From a virus (lineage: Duplodnaviria; Caudoviricetes), in the IMG/VR virus record IMGVR_UViG_3300010366_000027, positions 1 through 36,811 of that record: a DNA stretch of 36,811 nt. One strand, given 5' to 3'. Shown one piece after another: positions 36,101-36,811 of the stretch. A model generated the notes under the pieces. That model had not been told where the DNA came from. It made no database searches and saw nothing but the letters and a program-made list of their open reading frames with translations. The position numbers and the translations under genes are program-made. How positions within the stretch are numbered: position 1 is the first letter of the stretch; every line of letters starts with the position of its first letter.

Positions 36101-36530
36101 GCTGCGTCCTCCGCTCAGCGTCGATCTCGCCGGTGTACAACTCGATACCGAAGATCGGCTTGATCCCCGTTTCCTTTGCAGCCTGTTCGAACTTGACGTG
36201 CGACATTACATTTCCGTGCTCGGTCATCGCGAGCGCGGATCCGTTCAGTTCCGATATACGCCGTACGTGCGCATCAGGGAGTTGAAAACCGTCGAGGAAG
36301 CTATATGTGGAATGATGATGGAGCGACGTAAACCGGAGTGGTCTTGTAAGACGAGGATTGCGACGTGTAAGTCTTTCCTTCCGTACCAGCGTCGGAGTCT
36401 CTGGATGATCACATACCCTCCCATGGGCATCGAGTTTTGCGTGGTCGGGGGACTCGCCGCGTTGCACCCGGCCAGTCAGTCCGAGCTTCGCCTTGCCTGG
36501 GCTCTCACCTCGCTGTATCTTCTCAGCCAC
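33117..36530 (-). CDS. dnaE: DNA polymerase III alpha subunit (family C)
   Basis: PHP domain (LHHHSTYSFLDG, AMTEHGN), GPARGSAAASLV, FERF, PDIDLD, KIDLLGL, GIFQFE, RPGP and YAFNAAHS motifs. Confidence 0.97.
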   Translation of the reverse strand: MAEKIQRGESPGKAKLGLTGRVQRGESPDHAKLDAHGRVCDHPETPTLVRKERLTRRNPRLTRPLRFTSLHHHSTYSFLDGFQLPDAHVRRISELNGSALAMTEHGNVMSHVKFEQAAKETGIKPIFGIELYTGEIDAERRTQLKNHLTLLARDQIGYQNILKLVSRSYMEGFYYEPTVSGGMLARHKKGILALSGCQGSLLFCSTVGGKGISPSDASLRRGLAVAQRFHRVFGDSYFIEVQAFPELEATCRANPLLARIARETGVPLVATLDCHYTLPTEKELQKVLHALRSGGKQTPEDLAKSWGYTAELCPPATDRSILNRLVATGLTRQEAIGAILMTEEIAQDCTVELPRLPMVRYPARNGHSGVDLFHDWLKEGWVFRGCDRLSHADSRRYSQRLKYEMSIIEDKDFVDYFLIVSDAVRFAKDKAIGVGPARGSAAASLVCWLLRITEVNPMVFPHLVFERFIDITRMDLPDIDLDFESSRRGEIVDYLVTRYGRECVNQIGTFQTFKSRLALDDIARVHRIPKYEVEQIKDVLLERSSGDLRASATILDTIEQFEQAAGVVERHPEIMEATELEGNVKSFGVHAAGVAISNEPITIITPILEREVKKRMIQVVAIDKYDAEYLGVLKIDLLGLSALDALVLMCKMIGKPSSFLYEIPIEDDATIRGFKENDVVGIFQFEGRACRMVNGSVRPDTFNEVCHVTALARPGPLHNGAVADYVDIKRGEKEPHLRHPALEHITAFTQYQIVYQEQILQIVREIGNFDWTHAAYIRKIISRKLGDQEFNRQWERFWEGASTIHERSDFPAIDAELARSIWGDLTTSGSYAFNAAHSVSYGYIAWWTMWFKRHHPSAFYTAMLRREDKKTAGGGGAGGSSNAKATVTSKAKLDGQVIMLRDAIKHNFKILPYDLRESDETWKREGRRGLRPGFDQIDGVGPSMAEKIIKWRDNKVGKLDWPQLIEVSGIGPKTITKLVDYATAEDPFGIERLDKIIASVKKDLPTMKDHSGELLPIPNMTAIEVPYERGEDVPIVWIGVIVHRNLRDIFEVNRARTGEELDPATVRHPELNEWCLMAGYDGSDLLSIRITRWKYQAFKNMIWKIKPNEDIVLVEGAKPSWRAAREVYVNKMWVIEP

Positions 36531-36789
36531 GCATACCTCTCTCCAGCTGTTTGACGAGGAACGCCGCGTAGTTGATCATATCGAGCGCGTCCTCAACCAT
36601 GACATCTATCGTTGCACCGTTTGCATAGGCGTGTTCCAACCGGGTGACCCGTTCGCGTAGCTCGCGAATCTTGTCGCTGGGAGGGAACTCAAGCCACATC
36701 TGTCCCCTCACCATCGACTTCCCCATATAGATTGAGTTGGCCCGATCTAGAACCGCTCGATGCTCTTTCTCGAAATCCGTCAGTGGCAT
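36523..36789 (-). CDS. DUF1599/nucleotide-modification-associated domain 1-like all-alpha protein
   Basis: K...RG..W, RVTRL and VEDALDMINYAAF pattern; RBS GAAGGAG. Confidence 0.6.
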   Translation of the reverse strand: MPLTDFEKEHRAVLDRANSIYMGKSMVRGQMWLEFPPSDKIRELRERVTRLEHAYANGATIDVMVEDALDMINYAAFLVKQLERGMRG

Positions 36790-36811
36790 TCTGCTCCTTC
36801 CAGTCTTCGAT

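Noticed and set aside
33117-36530. Intein or intron in dnaE (or terL)
   Set aside because: Lengths are normal, catalytic motifs are contiguous, and I see no C...HN splice motifs or LAGLIDADG insert
1-36811. CRISPR array, tRNA/rRNA genes, integrase, transposase, reverse transcriptase/DGR
   Set aside because: I saw no regularly spaced repeats, cloverleafs or catalytic motifs. The fibre repeats differ at synonymous positions rather than specifically at adenines, so they are not a DGR TR/VR pair.
1-36811. Alternative genetic code or stop-codon reassignment
   Set aside because: TAA, TAG and TGA all terminate well-supported genes, and core genes are uninterrupted

Overview
A gene-dense, GC-rich segment of a tailed dsDNA phage with a contractile (myovirus-type) tail. 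The host is probably an actinobacterium, inferred from GC content, a leaderless-type promoter, a Gram-positive-type LexA box and the protein families present. The + strand (1-30159) carries a RuvC-like nuclease, a GH26 glycoside hydrolase, both terminase subunits, a CHAP endolysin, portal, a cluster of tiny Lys/Arg-rich ORFs, protease/scaffold, decoration and major capsid proteins, neck, sheath, tube, a tail chaperone with a -1 frameshift, tape measure, LysM, hub, spike/collagen fibre, baseplate, fibres and small membrane ORFs. The - strand (30160-36789) carries early/replication genes: DnaE, a divergent ThyX, HU, an HTH protein, a Zn-ribbon protein, a secreted lytic transglycosylase and a DUF1599/Nmad1-like protein. 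The main leads are: (i) a ~365-nt multi-stem non-coding island (11935-12301) in the otherwise tightly packed head operon, whose closing stem masks the next RBS; (ii) hairpins whose loops carry anti-Shine-Dalgarno sequences, one of them complementary over 12 nt to the thyX RBS; (iii) four protamine-like micro-ORFs between portal and protease; (iv) a possible nucleotide-modification module. All assignments come from motif recognition by eye; no database searches or folding programs were run.
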